Origin: Octopus vulgaris
Taxonomy: Eukaryota
DNA length: 64,000 bases
Assembly: GCA_951406725.2 (NCBI GenBank)
Contig: OX597831.1
Location: 47,058,001-47,122,000 of the forward strand
Reading direction: 5' to 3'
Part shown: one piece after another, positions 52,015 to 64,000 of the stretch
Layout of the letters: the number at the start of each line of letters is the position of its first letter
How positions within the stretch are numbered: position 1 is the stretch's first letter
The notes under the pieces: generated by a model
Databases searched by the model: none
What the model was told of the DNA's origin: nothing
The model's input: only the letters and a program-made list of their open reading frames with translations
Position numbers and translations under genes: made by a program

Positions 52015-55000
52015 AATTCCATTCACATCTTTCTCTCTCTCTCTCTGCTGTTTATCTTTCATAGTCATTTGAGCACCACCCACTAACCATCCTTCTTATG
52101 AAATATGGCTGTCTATGACACTGAAATCTACATCAGGTATATTTCAATATTTTCGGTTTATCTTTATGTTAATTTTTATAGTGCAGGTGAGTTTGATTAT
52201 GTTTCGTTCATACCTACATGTAGTTGTGAGTACAAGATCTGCATGGTAAATTCTTTGAGATGACATTAAGGTGACATACATTGTTGGATATAAGTTCTTC
52301 CTGTTGAGGTAAGCTCTTGTACATGACGACACCTTTTGTTTCAATATCTCTCACAGTTAGTTTCGGTGATTCATAGCAGGTGTTGGTAAAGCAGTCACTA
52401 TCGACCTCTAATAATCTATGGTGCTATGCAAGGGGTTCATAAATACCTGTGATGATTTTGTGTATTAGGGTATTGAATTATTAACAAATCGAACCTGAAA
52501 GAATTTAGTAATTCAAGATTAAAAACTCATTAATTTCTAGCCAAATATCAATGAAATATTTCTCATTAAAAAGTATTAATGAAACAAAACAACAAAAGTA
52601 TTATTGCTTTTAAGTCATGAAATTTCTTTATTAATTATACATTATCAATTAGGCTTTAATTTATAAATTTATATGTCAGGGTCAATGAGTTATCATCAAT
52701 TCCATGAAGTGTTCGGTGAAATTTTGCATATAATGCCTGGTTTATATGCATATTAAATTGTCTCTAGTAACATATAATTTACCATCTTCAGGTAAAATTT
52801 TAATTAGGTAAGATGTCAAACATGAAATTTCATATGCTGAACATGATGAATCTAAATTTCTAAAGCTTGCTTCCCAACAACATGGTTCCGGGTTCAGACT
52901 CACAGCGTGGTACCTTAGGCAAGTGTCTTTTGCTACTGCCTCGGACTGATCAAAGCCTTGTGAGTGGATTTGGTAGACAGAAACTGAAAGAATAAGGCGG
53001 TGAGCAAACAGAAATGTTAGCATGCTGGGCGAAATGCTTAGCGGTATTTCGTCTGCGGCTACGTTCTGAGTTCAAATTCCGCCAAGGTTGACTTTGCTTT
53101 TCATCCATTTGGGGTCAATTGAATATGTACCGGTTACGCACTGAGGTTGATATCTATGTCTGTGTGTGTTTATGTATACGTGTGTGTGTATATATCATCA
53201 TCATCATCATCATCGTTTAATGTCCACTTTCCATGCTAGCATGAGTTGGACGATTTGACTGAGGGCTGGCGAACCAGATGGCTGCACTGGGCTCCAGTCT
53301 TGATCTGGCAGAGTTTCTACAGCTGGATTCCCTTCCTAGCGCCAACTACTCTGAGAGTGTAGTGGGTGCTTTTACATGCCACCGGCATGGGGGCCAGTCA
53401 GGCGGTACTGGCAATGACCTCGCTCGAATCTTTTTACGCATGCTACCGGCACAGGTTCCAGTGGTAAGGCGACACTAGTAATGATCACACTCGAATGGTG
53501 CCTTTTACGTGCCTCTGGCTCAGAAGCCAGTTAGCCGCTCTGGCAACGATCACGCTCGGATGGTGCTCTTAGCACCCTACTAACACAGGGCACAAGTGCC
53601 ATATATATATATATATAGATCAAAGGTGAAAAACAACAAATGGAAATCATCCAAACATAACAAGCAGGAAAAGGATGATAGCACAGCAACAGCAAACAAG
53701 ACAAAACAAGATACATGGATCATTCGCAACCAATTACTTCTTCAGTCGGAGTCTAGAATGTCTACATAGTTTTGCTCATTTTTCTCAGATACTACTCGAA
53801 ACCAGTTGGGCCTATGAGTTAAGCTGAGGGCATTAAGCCTCTGAGCAAGGCAAACGAATGTACATATACAAACACAAGGAAATAACAAACAGAAAGTGTC
53901 TTTCAAATATTGGATGAACGTAACATAAGAAATAGAATTATACGTATACAATGGACAAAAGCCTTTCGGCTATACAACAAAAATACAACAAAACAAAACA
54001 GAGTCTTTCGACTATCAGACAGTGTAGTATGTGAGCACAAAGGAGCAAAACAGTGGGAAAGTCTTACTGACTGGGTGGCAAGACAGAACAAGACAGCGTA
54101 GTAAGCTAGCACAGGGAAAAAGGAAATGAAAAAAAATCTTACTGACTGGGTGGTGAGACAAAAACAGAATAGATGCGACTGACCTCAAAGGTGGTCAGCC
54201 GAAATAGGACAACAATGCATAAAACGGACAGCGATCATGTGGTAGAGGAGGGGAGGAGTTGAAGAAAGCCAAGGGGTAAATTTTTGTGTAAACACCCGCA
54301 TGATTTTCACTAAGAAAAAACAAAAACTTGGATTTTTTGCGGAATCAAGTACCATCAACCCTTGATTTCATGCAAAAAATCTGAATATATACACATGTAT
54401 ACATAAACACACACACATACACACGCACACACACACACACACTCACACATACATGTAATAATGTTTTATTTAAAGTAGTAAGGTTGATGGCGACAATAGG
54501 AGTAATAATAAGAGAGATAGTGGGTAAGAGAAAGGGGAGATAATGTACAACTTTCCTGGACAGAAATTCCTGTGGCCAGCATACTGAACCAACTACTGAA
54601 CACTATCATTTTTGGTTCAGTTTTTGCTTTCTTTAATACATACACATGCATACACACATATATATGAAATACACTTTAATTGAAGTACAGTTTCCCCAAA
54701 ATTAAACATCTAATAAAATAAATACAGAAACTAATTTCTGTGTCAGTGTATCACACTTAGGGCCCCTCTCCAATTATTCAATGATACTCCTACTATTCCT
54801 CATGATGGGGTGAGAGTAATAGTAGGCATAGAGACAGTGAGGGCGGTGGTCAAGACAGAGAGAGAAAGAGAGAGAGAGAGACGGAGAGAAAGAGAGAGTG
54901 AGAAATGGAGAGAAAGATAGTCAAAGAAATTTAGGGAGAGTTGATGTTTTATTAAAAGTAGTAGTATTGATGGTGGCAGTGGGAGTCATAATAAAAGAGG

Positions 55001-55299
55001 GAAAGAGTGGGTAAGAGAAAGAGGGTGATGATGTGACATGTCTCTTTGACAAAAATTGCTGTCACCAACATACTGAATTCTATCATTTTAGTGATGACCT
55101 CTCCCCATCCTAAAAGAGGTCATCATCATTGAACTCATATTTCATACAATGGTAAAAAACTAAATGAATAAATAAGTGGTAAAAAACATTCCAAATGGAA
55201 AAGAAATCCCTCCCCCTCCCTCTCTACCTATCTATCTGTCTGTCTCTCTATCTGTCTAACTATCTATCAATCATCTACCTACCTACCTACCTACTTACA

Positions 55300-55368
<69 letters not shown>

Positions 55369-55389
55369 GCCTGTCTGTCTATCTATCTA

Positions 55390-55452
<63 letters not shown>

Positions 55453-55464
55453 TTATCTATCATC

Positions 55465-56298
55465 GGTAGTTTTTGGTTATCTCACCCCCATTAAAAAATT
55501 GGGTTATCTCCACAAGTTTTATGAGAAATATTGGTACTTTTGGTTATCTCCCACATCTTAAAACAATGCTTAACTCTCAATAAAACAAACAAAAAAACAA
55601 AAAACAAAAACAAAAGTGAAATGATGAAACGTGTTATTGAATCTGATAATATTTTTATAACAAATCATACAAAACTGATAAAGATTAATAAACATGAAAA
55701 CTGGAAGAATTAAATATCTTATTGAATCTGATAATATTTTTATAACAAATCATACTATGCCTTGGTTAACAAATCATACCATGCCATGGTTCCGGGTTCA
55801 GTCCCACTGCATGGCACCTTGGGCAAGTGTCTTCTACTATAGCCTCGGACCTTGTGAGTGGATTTGGTAGACAGAAACTGAAAGAAGCCCATCATATGTA
55901 TATATATATATAATTATACATATATATGTATGTGTGTATATGTTTGTGTGTGTGTGTGTGTTTGTTTCCCCAACATCGCTTGACAACCGATGCTGGTGTG
56001 TTTACGTCCCTGTAACTTAGCGGTTCGGCAAAAGAGACCGATAAAATAAGTACTAGGCTTACAAAGAAAAAGTCCTGGGGTCGATGTGCTCGACTAAAGG
56101 TGGTGCTCCAGCATGGCCACAGTCAAAATGACTGAAACAAGTAAAAGAATATGACTATTGAGGAGGCCAAACATCACCAATGTGTTAAAGTATTGAATCA
56201 AAAGGATCTAATTCTTTTAATCCAATCTCTCGTGGCCACATTAACTCAATTTTTTCAATGGCAATTTTTTAATGGGGGTGAGATAACCAAAAAGTACC
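55465..56298. mobile_element. MITE with 37-bp TIRs inserted in a (TCTA)n/(TCTG)n microsatellite; contains a nested SINE A
   Basis: ggtagtttttggttatctcacccccattaaaaaattg versus the reverse complement of caattttttaatgggggtgagataaccaaaaagtacc (one mismatch). The microsatellite continues on both sides. Confidence 0.75.
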
Positions 56299-56428
<130 letters not shown>

Positions 56429-56501
56429 GTCTGTCTCCTCCTCTATCTTTTCTCTCGTCAAAGACAATATTCCTTTCCTTCAGTGCTCGCTACCTTACTT
56501 C

Positions 56502-56701
56502 ATCTCAGAAAATAATTAAAAATTCACATTTTTTATCAAATTATTTTGTTATATTTGTCTATCTATCCAACTGTAAACATTCGGGGCATTTTGTTGTTTT
56601 TGTAAAATCTCAGAAAATAATTAAAAATTAAAAATTCACATTTTTTATCAAATTATTTTGTTATATTTGTCTATCTATCCAACTGTAAACAGTCGGGGCA
56701 T
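56502..56701. repeat. Tandem duplication (~90-bp units)
   Basis: atctcagaaaataattaaaaatt...ccaactgtaaaca(t/g)tcggggcat occurs twice. Confidence 0.8.
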
Positions 56702-58064
56702 GCTGGCATCGGCCACGTTCGGATAGTGCTTTTTATATGCCACTGGCACAGGCATCATAACTACTATTTCCATTGATATTTATTTCGACGTTCATGTTCA
56801 TGTTCATGTACTTGACTCAACAGGTCTCCTCAAGCACAGCGGGACGTTCTGGGATCCGGGGTACTTTGAATGGGCAGGGGCTATGTGGAACTGATGTAGG
56901 AAGCAGCCTGGGTCTTTGCAGTCACAGCATATCTCCAGAGATCTTGGTCCTTCGCCATTGCCCCAGTGAGGCCCAACGCTCTGAGGTCATGCTTGACTAC
57001 CTCATCCCCCTGATACCTTCAACTGTTTGGGAGTGGCACTTCTTCACATATATATATATATATATATATATCACCATGAGTCAAACAAGATATATTTTAT
57101 CTGAAGGCATATACATATATGTATGTTTATATACATGGGCTTTGTAGAACAAACAGAAGAACAGAACTCCATACATTAGTATACATATATACACACAACC
57201 CATGTAAATATACACACTTGTATGGGCATCTGTAAGTGTATATTTGTCCTTGTGTATGTGTGTGTGTACATATCATCATCATCATCCACTTCTCCATGTT
57301 TTGTATGGATCAGACAAAATTTGTCAAAGCAGATTATCTATGGTTGGAAGTTCTTCCTGTCCTCAACCTTCACCAGTTTCGAAGCAAGATGATATTTTCC
57401 CATAGCTAGACATGCTTTCCACAGAAGACTGGAAGCAAACAACCTCTCTTGTAAAACAATGATGATCATTTACAACCATCACATGCATACACACATACAT
57501 GAATGCACACACGCACACACACACACACACACGCACACACACACATACAAGCACACACATGCACACATGCCCACACACACATATACATGCACACGCCTTT
57601 ATACATACACACACGCACACATACACCCACAGAAACACACCCACCCACACATGCACGTATATGATGGACTTTCAGTTTCTGCCCACCAAATTCATTCACA
57701 ATGCCTTGGCTGGCCTGGAATCAGAGTAGAAAATACTTGCCCAAGGTGTTGTGCAGTGGGACTGAACCCAAACCCCTTATCCACAACAAAAAAACCCATG
57801 TTATCACATGACTTCAAATAAGCCAGTTTGAGAAGTACACGTACGTCTACACTATCGTGATACAATAGAATTACAAAAGCCTATAAGTGCTTTAATGATT
57901 TCAAGTACATCGAGTGCTTGAGTTAAGTATAACAGGCATAGCTTGACAATTGCATCTCATATGCCATCAACATTATTTGTAGCATATTCTAACAAGTCCT
58001 TGCTGTGTGGTTTAAAACTATCTTAGATGTTACATTTAAACCAGGATATATATAAACGTATATA

Positions 58065-58453
58065 TCTTTATATATAAAAGTAAGGTTGTGTGTCTGTCTC
58101 CTACGATTTAGATTCCTAACTACTCCCACATTTTGCGGTGCAGTTTAACCAAAACCAGGTATCTTATAGTCGTGATTCATATCAAGCCCTTCTGGGTATT
58201 AGCACGTGTCTACGATGAGTCTACGATTTAAAAAAAAATTTACCATAATTTTTTTTCCATTTTAATGCATTTTTTTCGCTATTATATAAGGGAAGTAACT
58301 CTCTAAAAATGTCTACGATGAGTCAATGATTTAAAAAAAAATTTACCATCATTTTTTTTCCATTTTTAATGCATTTTTTTGCTATAACTCTCTAAAAATG
58401 CTTATATAGTTATTTCCCTTACAAACCCGAGCAACGCCGGGCGATACTGCTAG
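58065..58453 (+). mobile_element. Non-autonomous Helitron
   Basis: A|TCtttatatataaaag ... cccgagcaacgccgggcgatactgCTAG|T, with an internal ~85-bp duplication. Confidence 0.75.
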
Positions 58454-58619
58454 TATATATATAAATATAAATATATATCTATATGTACGCATGTATGTAT
58501 GTATGTTATGTTTGCTGGCCACTTTATTATTATTTTTTCAAAGATAATGATAAGTTATTTGAATTCTGAATATATACATACGTACATACATACATACATA
58601 TATATATATACTAATAGTA

Positions 58620-58881
58620 ATGGTATGACAACAAAAAAATGAATGAGACCTCGATATTATGTAAATAGAGGAATGTATCTGTAATATAATATGTGACAAT
58701 TATTTGGTTGCCATAATAAAACTCCAAGTTTCGGATGTTGGGGTGGAAATCTGCTCCGGCATCTCGTCAGTTATCGAGGCAGGCAACTGACGAGATGCCA
58801 GAGCAGATTTCCGCCCCAACATCTGAAACTCAGAGTTTTATTATGGCAACCAAATAACTGTCACATATTATATTACAGATA
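58620..58881. mobile_element. Foldback element (inverted arms 58676-58881) with a hammerhead-like core in each arm
   Basis: ~97-bp imperfect arms with loop atcgaggcaggc. Minus strand has gataa-CUGACGA-gaug...cauc-c-GAAAC uugga GUU-uuauu. Flanked by (TA)n/(TACA)n. Confidence 0.65.
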
Positions 58882-59190
58882 TATATATATAAAAGAGTGT
58901 ATAAAGATTTATGCACAGTGAGGAGACCCTTGATTGGACTCCTTACATGCTAAAAAGGGCAGTCAAAGCTCAAACCACGAGAAAAAGAATTCATAAGGCA
59001 CACTGTTCATGACATAGTGTGAACAAAAAATGAATTAGTTAATCCTGTACTCAAGTTTCACTTTTAATAGCCAAATAAATTAATTTTAATTTATTACCCT
59101 CATATTTGGGTAAGTGTGTTCTACTATAGCCTCAGGCCAACCAAAGCTTTGTGAGTGGATTTGATAGATGGAAAATGAAAGAAGCCCGTC

Positions 59191-59230
<40 letters not shown>

Positions 59231-59309
59231 CCATTGATGTGGATGTATATGTATACTCTAGTATATATATTTGATTATCTGTAACCTTATGTGCATGTAT
59301 ATTATTATA

Positions 59310-59367
<58 letters not shown>

Positions 59368-59368
<1 letters not shown>

Positions 59369-59827
59369 ACAATATGTTACATTACTCGGTAGTCAAGATA
59401 AAACTCTGAGTTTCAGATGCCGAAGTGGAAATCCACAACACTATCTCTTCGGTTATCTGGCTATTTGAAAACGTTATGAAAAAATACCGTTAAAAATGAA
59501 GGGAAATTACTCTGTTATAACTCTGCTTTGCCTGCGTACTTATACATCGCTCGCATTTTTCGTCATAAAAATGCGAGCGATGTATAAGTACGCAGGCAAA
59601 GCAGAGTTATAACAGAGTAATTTCCCTTCATTTTTAACGGTATTTTTTCATAACGTTTTCAAATAGCCAGATAACCGAAGAGATGGTGTTGTGGATTTCC
59701 ACTTCGGCATCTGAAACTCAGAGTTTTATCTTGACTACCGAGTAATGTAACATATTGTATAGATAAATTTCCTCTATTTACATAATATTGAGGTCTCTTT
59801 CTTTCTTTTGTTATCTTACCGTTTTAT

Positions 59828-59829
<2 letters not shown>
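59368..59829. mobile_element. Foldback element: 193-bp arms (59368-59560, 59567-59759), 6-nt loop, plus a unique tail; same family as 58620-58881
   Basis: One arm mismatch seen. Tail 59761-59820 is the reverse-complement homologue of 58623-58680. Embedded in (TA)n on both sides. Confidence 0.8.
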
Positions 59830-59878
<49 letters not shown>

Positions 59879-60264
59879 CACTTATATATATATATATTCT
59901 TGTGTATGTGTATTTTGTTTCATATTTATATTTTTATAATTGTAACTCAATACATCTGACTAATATAGGCACAATGAGAAACCTTTATCCACAGGCTGAA
60001 ACACTGAAACAGTTGTAAGATCCATTTTATATGTATTATTTTTATGGTATTATCTTACTTATTGATGTATATTGTTTTATTCTGTTGGATTTGGATGTTT
60101 CTATTTAAGTAGTTAATAAATAATATGAATTGGTATTATCTGTAAGTCGATGATTGAAAGGAATCTGTTCCTCCATTTTCTTATTTGTATATATATATAT
60201 ATATATACTTACTTACTTGGAAATGGATGTGTGACATTCAATTAAATAATAATAATAAATAATA

Positions 60265-60314
<50 letters not shown>

Positions 60315-61652
60315 TAGATAGATAGATAGGTAGATAAATAGATATAGATATATATGTATGTATATATATATATAAATATATATACATACATACATACATA
60401 CACATATATTATTTATTAATGTATTATATATATATGCATGTATGTATATATTTGCGTGTCTGTGTTTGTCCCCCCACCATCACTTGACAACAGTTGTTGG
60501 TGAGTTTACATACACATAACTTAGCAGTTTAGCAAAAGAGACTGACAGAATAAGTACTAAGCTTACAAAGAATGAGTCCTGGGGTCGATTTGTTTGACTA
60601 AAGGTGGTGCTCCAGCATGGCCGCTGTCTAATGACAGAAAGAAATAAAAGAATAAGAGAATATGTAATATATATGAGAAGTACATGTATTTCTATGCTAT
60701 CATAATACAGCAGTTTTACAAAAGCCTTAATGTGTCTCTATGATTTCTAGTGCTACATCTAGTACTTGGTATAAGTAAGATAGTTATAATTTGTCAATTG
60801 CATCTTAGCTGCAATTAACATAATTTGTAATCCTAAAATTTACTTGTTGTATGGTTTAAAAACATTTAAACAAAGATATCATCATCATCATCATCATCAT
60901 CATCGTTTAACGTCCGCTTTCCACGCTAGCATGGGTTGGACAATTTGACTGAGGTCTGGCGAACCAGATGGCTGCACCAGACTCCAATCTGATCTGGCAG
61001 AGTTTCTCCAGCTGGATGCCCTTCCTAATGCCAACCACTCCAAGAGTGTAGTGGGTGCTTTTACATGCCAACAGCACGAGGGTCAGTCAGGCGGTACTGG
61101 CAACGGCCACGCTCAAATGGTGTTTTTCACATGCCACCTGCACAGGAGTCAGTCTAGCGGCACTGGCAACGACCTCGCTTGAATGTTTTCTCACGGGCCA
61201 CCAGCACAAGTGCTAGTAAGGCGACGCAGGTAATGATCACACTCAAATGGTGTTTTTAATGTGCCATCGGCACAGCGGCCAGCTTGTTGCTCTGGCAATG
61301 ATATCACTGGTATGATACTCTTAGCGCTCCACTAGCACGGATGTATGTATGTAAGCATGTCTCTTCTATTTTTTAATAATAAATCTTTCACTGAGGAGGG
61401 AGCTGATTTCCAACAAAGATACAAGGCTCTATCTTTGGGATGTAATTAACACAGACAAATTCACATTTGGGACTTGAGAAAAGCCTTGCATATTTTTACT
61501 GTTCCACTTGCAGATTGCACTTGTAATGTACAAATCAGCCAGTCAGTTTCTCTTTCTGAAAATCCCTGTCTATCCAGATTCTCCTTTAAGCATTTACTAA
61601 TAACATAGTTTGGATATAAAAGCTGTATGTATGTATGTATGTATGTATGTAT

Positions 61653-61863
61653 GTGACTGCGTATGTACCGTTGGCCATTTTTTTTTCCTCCGTCTTCCCT
61701 TCTTTGGATCTTTCCTTTTCCTATGAATCTGATGAAGATCTCCGCTCGAAACTTTAAACCCTCCTTCTTTTCTTCTTTCCTGAGTGTCCAATAATACTAT
61801 ACTTGTTCCACGTCCTCACGTTGTTGTGTTTTCTCTTTGTGTTTTCATGTTTGGATTAACTTT
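61653..61863 (+). mobile_element. Second copy of the (TATG)n-associated hammerhead repeat, with a degenerate ribozyme
   Basis: CUGAUGA-A-GAUC ucc GCUC-GAAAC-UUU-AAAC at ~61729-61759. Homologous to 12879-13051. Confidence 0.6.
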
Positions 61864-61901
61864 ATGTATGTATGTACATACATATGTATGTATGTACATA
61901 C

Positions 61902-61932
<31 letters not shown>

Positions 61933-62329
61933 TGTATGTATACATGCATGCATTCATGTAATATAATGTAATGTTTTTGCTGTAGATTGCTCTCCTGGGG
62001 TATATGTGAAATACTGATATTCAGGGTCGGTGTTAGGAAGAGCAGGGTCCAGTTAGAGAATTGTCAGTGGGACCCTCTACACTATGAAAGTTGAGGATTG
62101 ATGTTTTATGCTTCTTGTAGTATGCCTGTCCCAGCCAAAAAGTGTTGAGGGCTTGAGGCTCCACCATTTAACCACAATGATATACTAAAGATTCATCTTA
62201 GCATCCTCCATTTGAGCATGTGTGCAGGGCCCTCACATGGCATAAGGGCCCAAATTTGAACAAATCTGTCTAATTGGCTTAAAATCGGCCCTGCCAATAT
62301 TTTGGTCATCTCTTCAACTTGCCTCAATT

Positions 62330-62630
62330 TGCTACCTTTTCAAAATCTTTGCAGTCTCCTATTTGTGACCGCCTTTATTCTGATGCTTATGACTTAGTTG
62401 CTCATATAGATGAAGATACGCAAACTCTCATGGATCTTATTTTTGCATCTTGGAAGGCATTTGGACTCAGCATTAGCCTGGAGAAGACTTGTAATATCCC
62501 AGGCGACACCAGAAAATCCATTTGTGAAATCATCTATGTTGGTTGAAGGAACAGTACTGAAAGTTGTAGACAAGCTTGTCTGTCCCTTGTAACAATGCAC
62601 TCAGGCAGTATTGCTCTTTGGATGATAAAA
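62330..62630 (+). mobile_element. Decayed RTE-clade reverse transcriptase fragment
   Basis: ICDRLYSDAYDLVAHIDEDTQTLMDLIFASWKAFGLSISLEKT resembles the RTE LLYADD...LQ.LMD.F...C..FGL.ISLKKT region. Confidence 0.7.
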
Positions 62631-64000
62631 TATCTTTAACCCCTTAACATTCAGATTTTGTCTGTCAAATGTAATGCTTATTTATTCACATTAATATGAG
62701 CTGGTCATGCATTACCTTGTAGCTTTGAGATTCCAGTGATGAGATTGTTTATTTTTAGAATAATATTGTAGGGTATGTAAAGTGGTGAGCTGGCAGAAAC
62801 GTTAGCACGCAGGGCGAAATGCTTAGTGGTATTTCGTCTGCCGTTATGCTCCGAGTTCAAATTCCGCCAAGGTCAACTTTGCCTTTCATCCTTTCGGGGT
62901 CGATAAATTAAGTACCAGTTACACACTGGGGTCGATGTAATCGACTTAATCCCTTTGTCTGTCCTTGTTTGTCCCCTCTATGTTTAGCCCCTTGTGGGCA
63001 ATAAAGAAATAAGAAACGTTAACAGACCAGGCAAAATGCTTAGTGGTATTTTGTCTGTCTTTACGTTCTGAGTTCAAATTCTGCCAAGGTTGACTTTGTC
63101 TTTCATCCTTTCAGGGTCGATAAATTAAGTACCAGTTGCATGCTGGGGTCAATGTATTCAACTGGCTCCACTCCCCCAAAATTTCAGGCCTTGTACCTAG
63201 AGTAGAAAAGAATATTGTAGGGCATGTGTGAGAGGCCGAATCTGGCTAGTTTGAAGACAAAAAATATATATATATATATACATATGTATATATATATATT
63301 ATTTATGTTATATATACTCTTTTACTTGTTTCAGTTATTTGACTGCGGCCATGCTGGAGCACCGCCTCTAGTCGAGCAAATCGACCCTGGGACTTATTCC
63401 TTGTAAGCCCAGTACTTATTCTATCGGACTCTTTTGCCGAACCGCTAAGTGACGGCGACGTAAACACACTAGCATCGGTTGTCAAGCAATGTTAGGGGGA
63501 CAAACACAGACACACACACATATATATATATATATACGACAGGCTTCTTTCAGTTTCCATCTACCAAATCTACTCACAAGGCTTTGGTTGGCCTGAGGCT
63601 ATAGTAGAAGACACTTGCTCAAGATGCCGGGACTGAACCCGGAACCATGTGGTTGGTAAGCAAGCTACTTACCACACGGCCACTCCTGCGCCTATATATA
63701 TATATATATATATACATACATACATATACAGTCCACAAATGAGATTCAGAGATTCTCTATATAGAAGACACTGGAGTAGTGTTCAAAAGATTCTAACTTA
63801 CACTCCTATGTCTTTACAGGGCATTGATTTCACAAAGTAACGAAATGCTATAAGCGGGATCGTCCATATACACTATAGGTGTCTTTTCAGTTTCTGTCTT
63901 TGAAACTGATCCCACAATTCATTAGTCAACTCCAGGTTACAGTAGGGCATTCAGTGGGGAGGGGAGATGCAGAAAGAAATGACTGAAGTGAACATTTTAA

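Noticed and set aside
52755-52797. Degenerate hammerhead-like motif (minus CTGAAGA...GAGAC); a similar one at 53716-53749 (CTGAAGA...GAAT)
   Set aside because: The second core is mutated and stems I and III cannot be formed. At most these are relics.

Overview
AT-rich, microsatellite-rich eukaryotic genomic DNA, most likely a coleoid cephalopod (Octopus-like); this is inferred from the tRNA-derived SINE families, Helitron derivatives and (TA)n/(TATG)n/(TCTA)n density. The only host gene I can support is the 5' part of an F-box/LRR gene resembling FBXL17 on the minus strand. I reconstructed three in-phase exons (9918-9955/9937, 4389-5213, 256-367), and the gene runs off the left edge. The other ~54 kb is a patchwork of mobile elements: about 20 copies of one SINE, about 12 of a second, a third SINE with TSDs, non-autonomous Helitrons, MITEs, and decayed RTE, CR1, hAT, Gypsy-gag and zinc-knuckle ORF1 remnants. 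The most unusual signal is a set of short elements sitting in or next to microsatellites. Several carry hammerhead-ribozyme-like cores (CUGANGA...GAAA), and several form long near-perfect foldback palindromes (161, ~206 and 392 bp). One TSD-flanked element joins a tRNA-like head to a hammerhead remnant. This pattern fits non-autonomous Penelope-like or retrozyme-type elements. Most ORFs in the supplied track are microsatellite or SINE artefacts. Coordinates were read by eye, and repeat boundaries are approximate.
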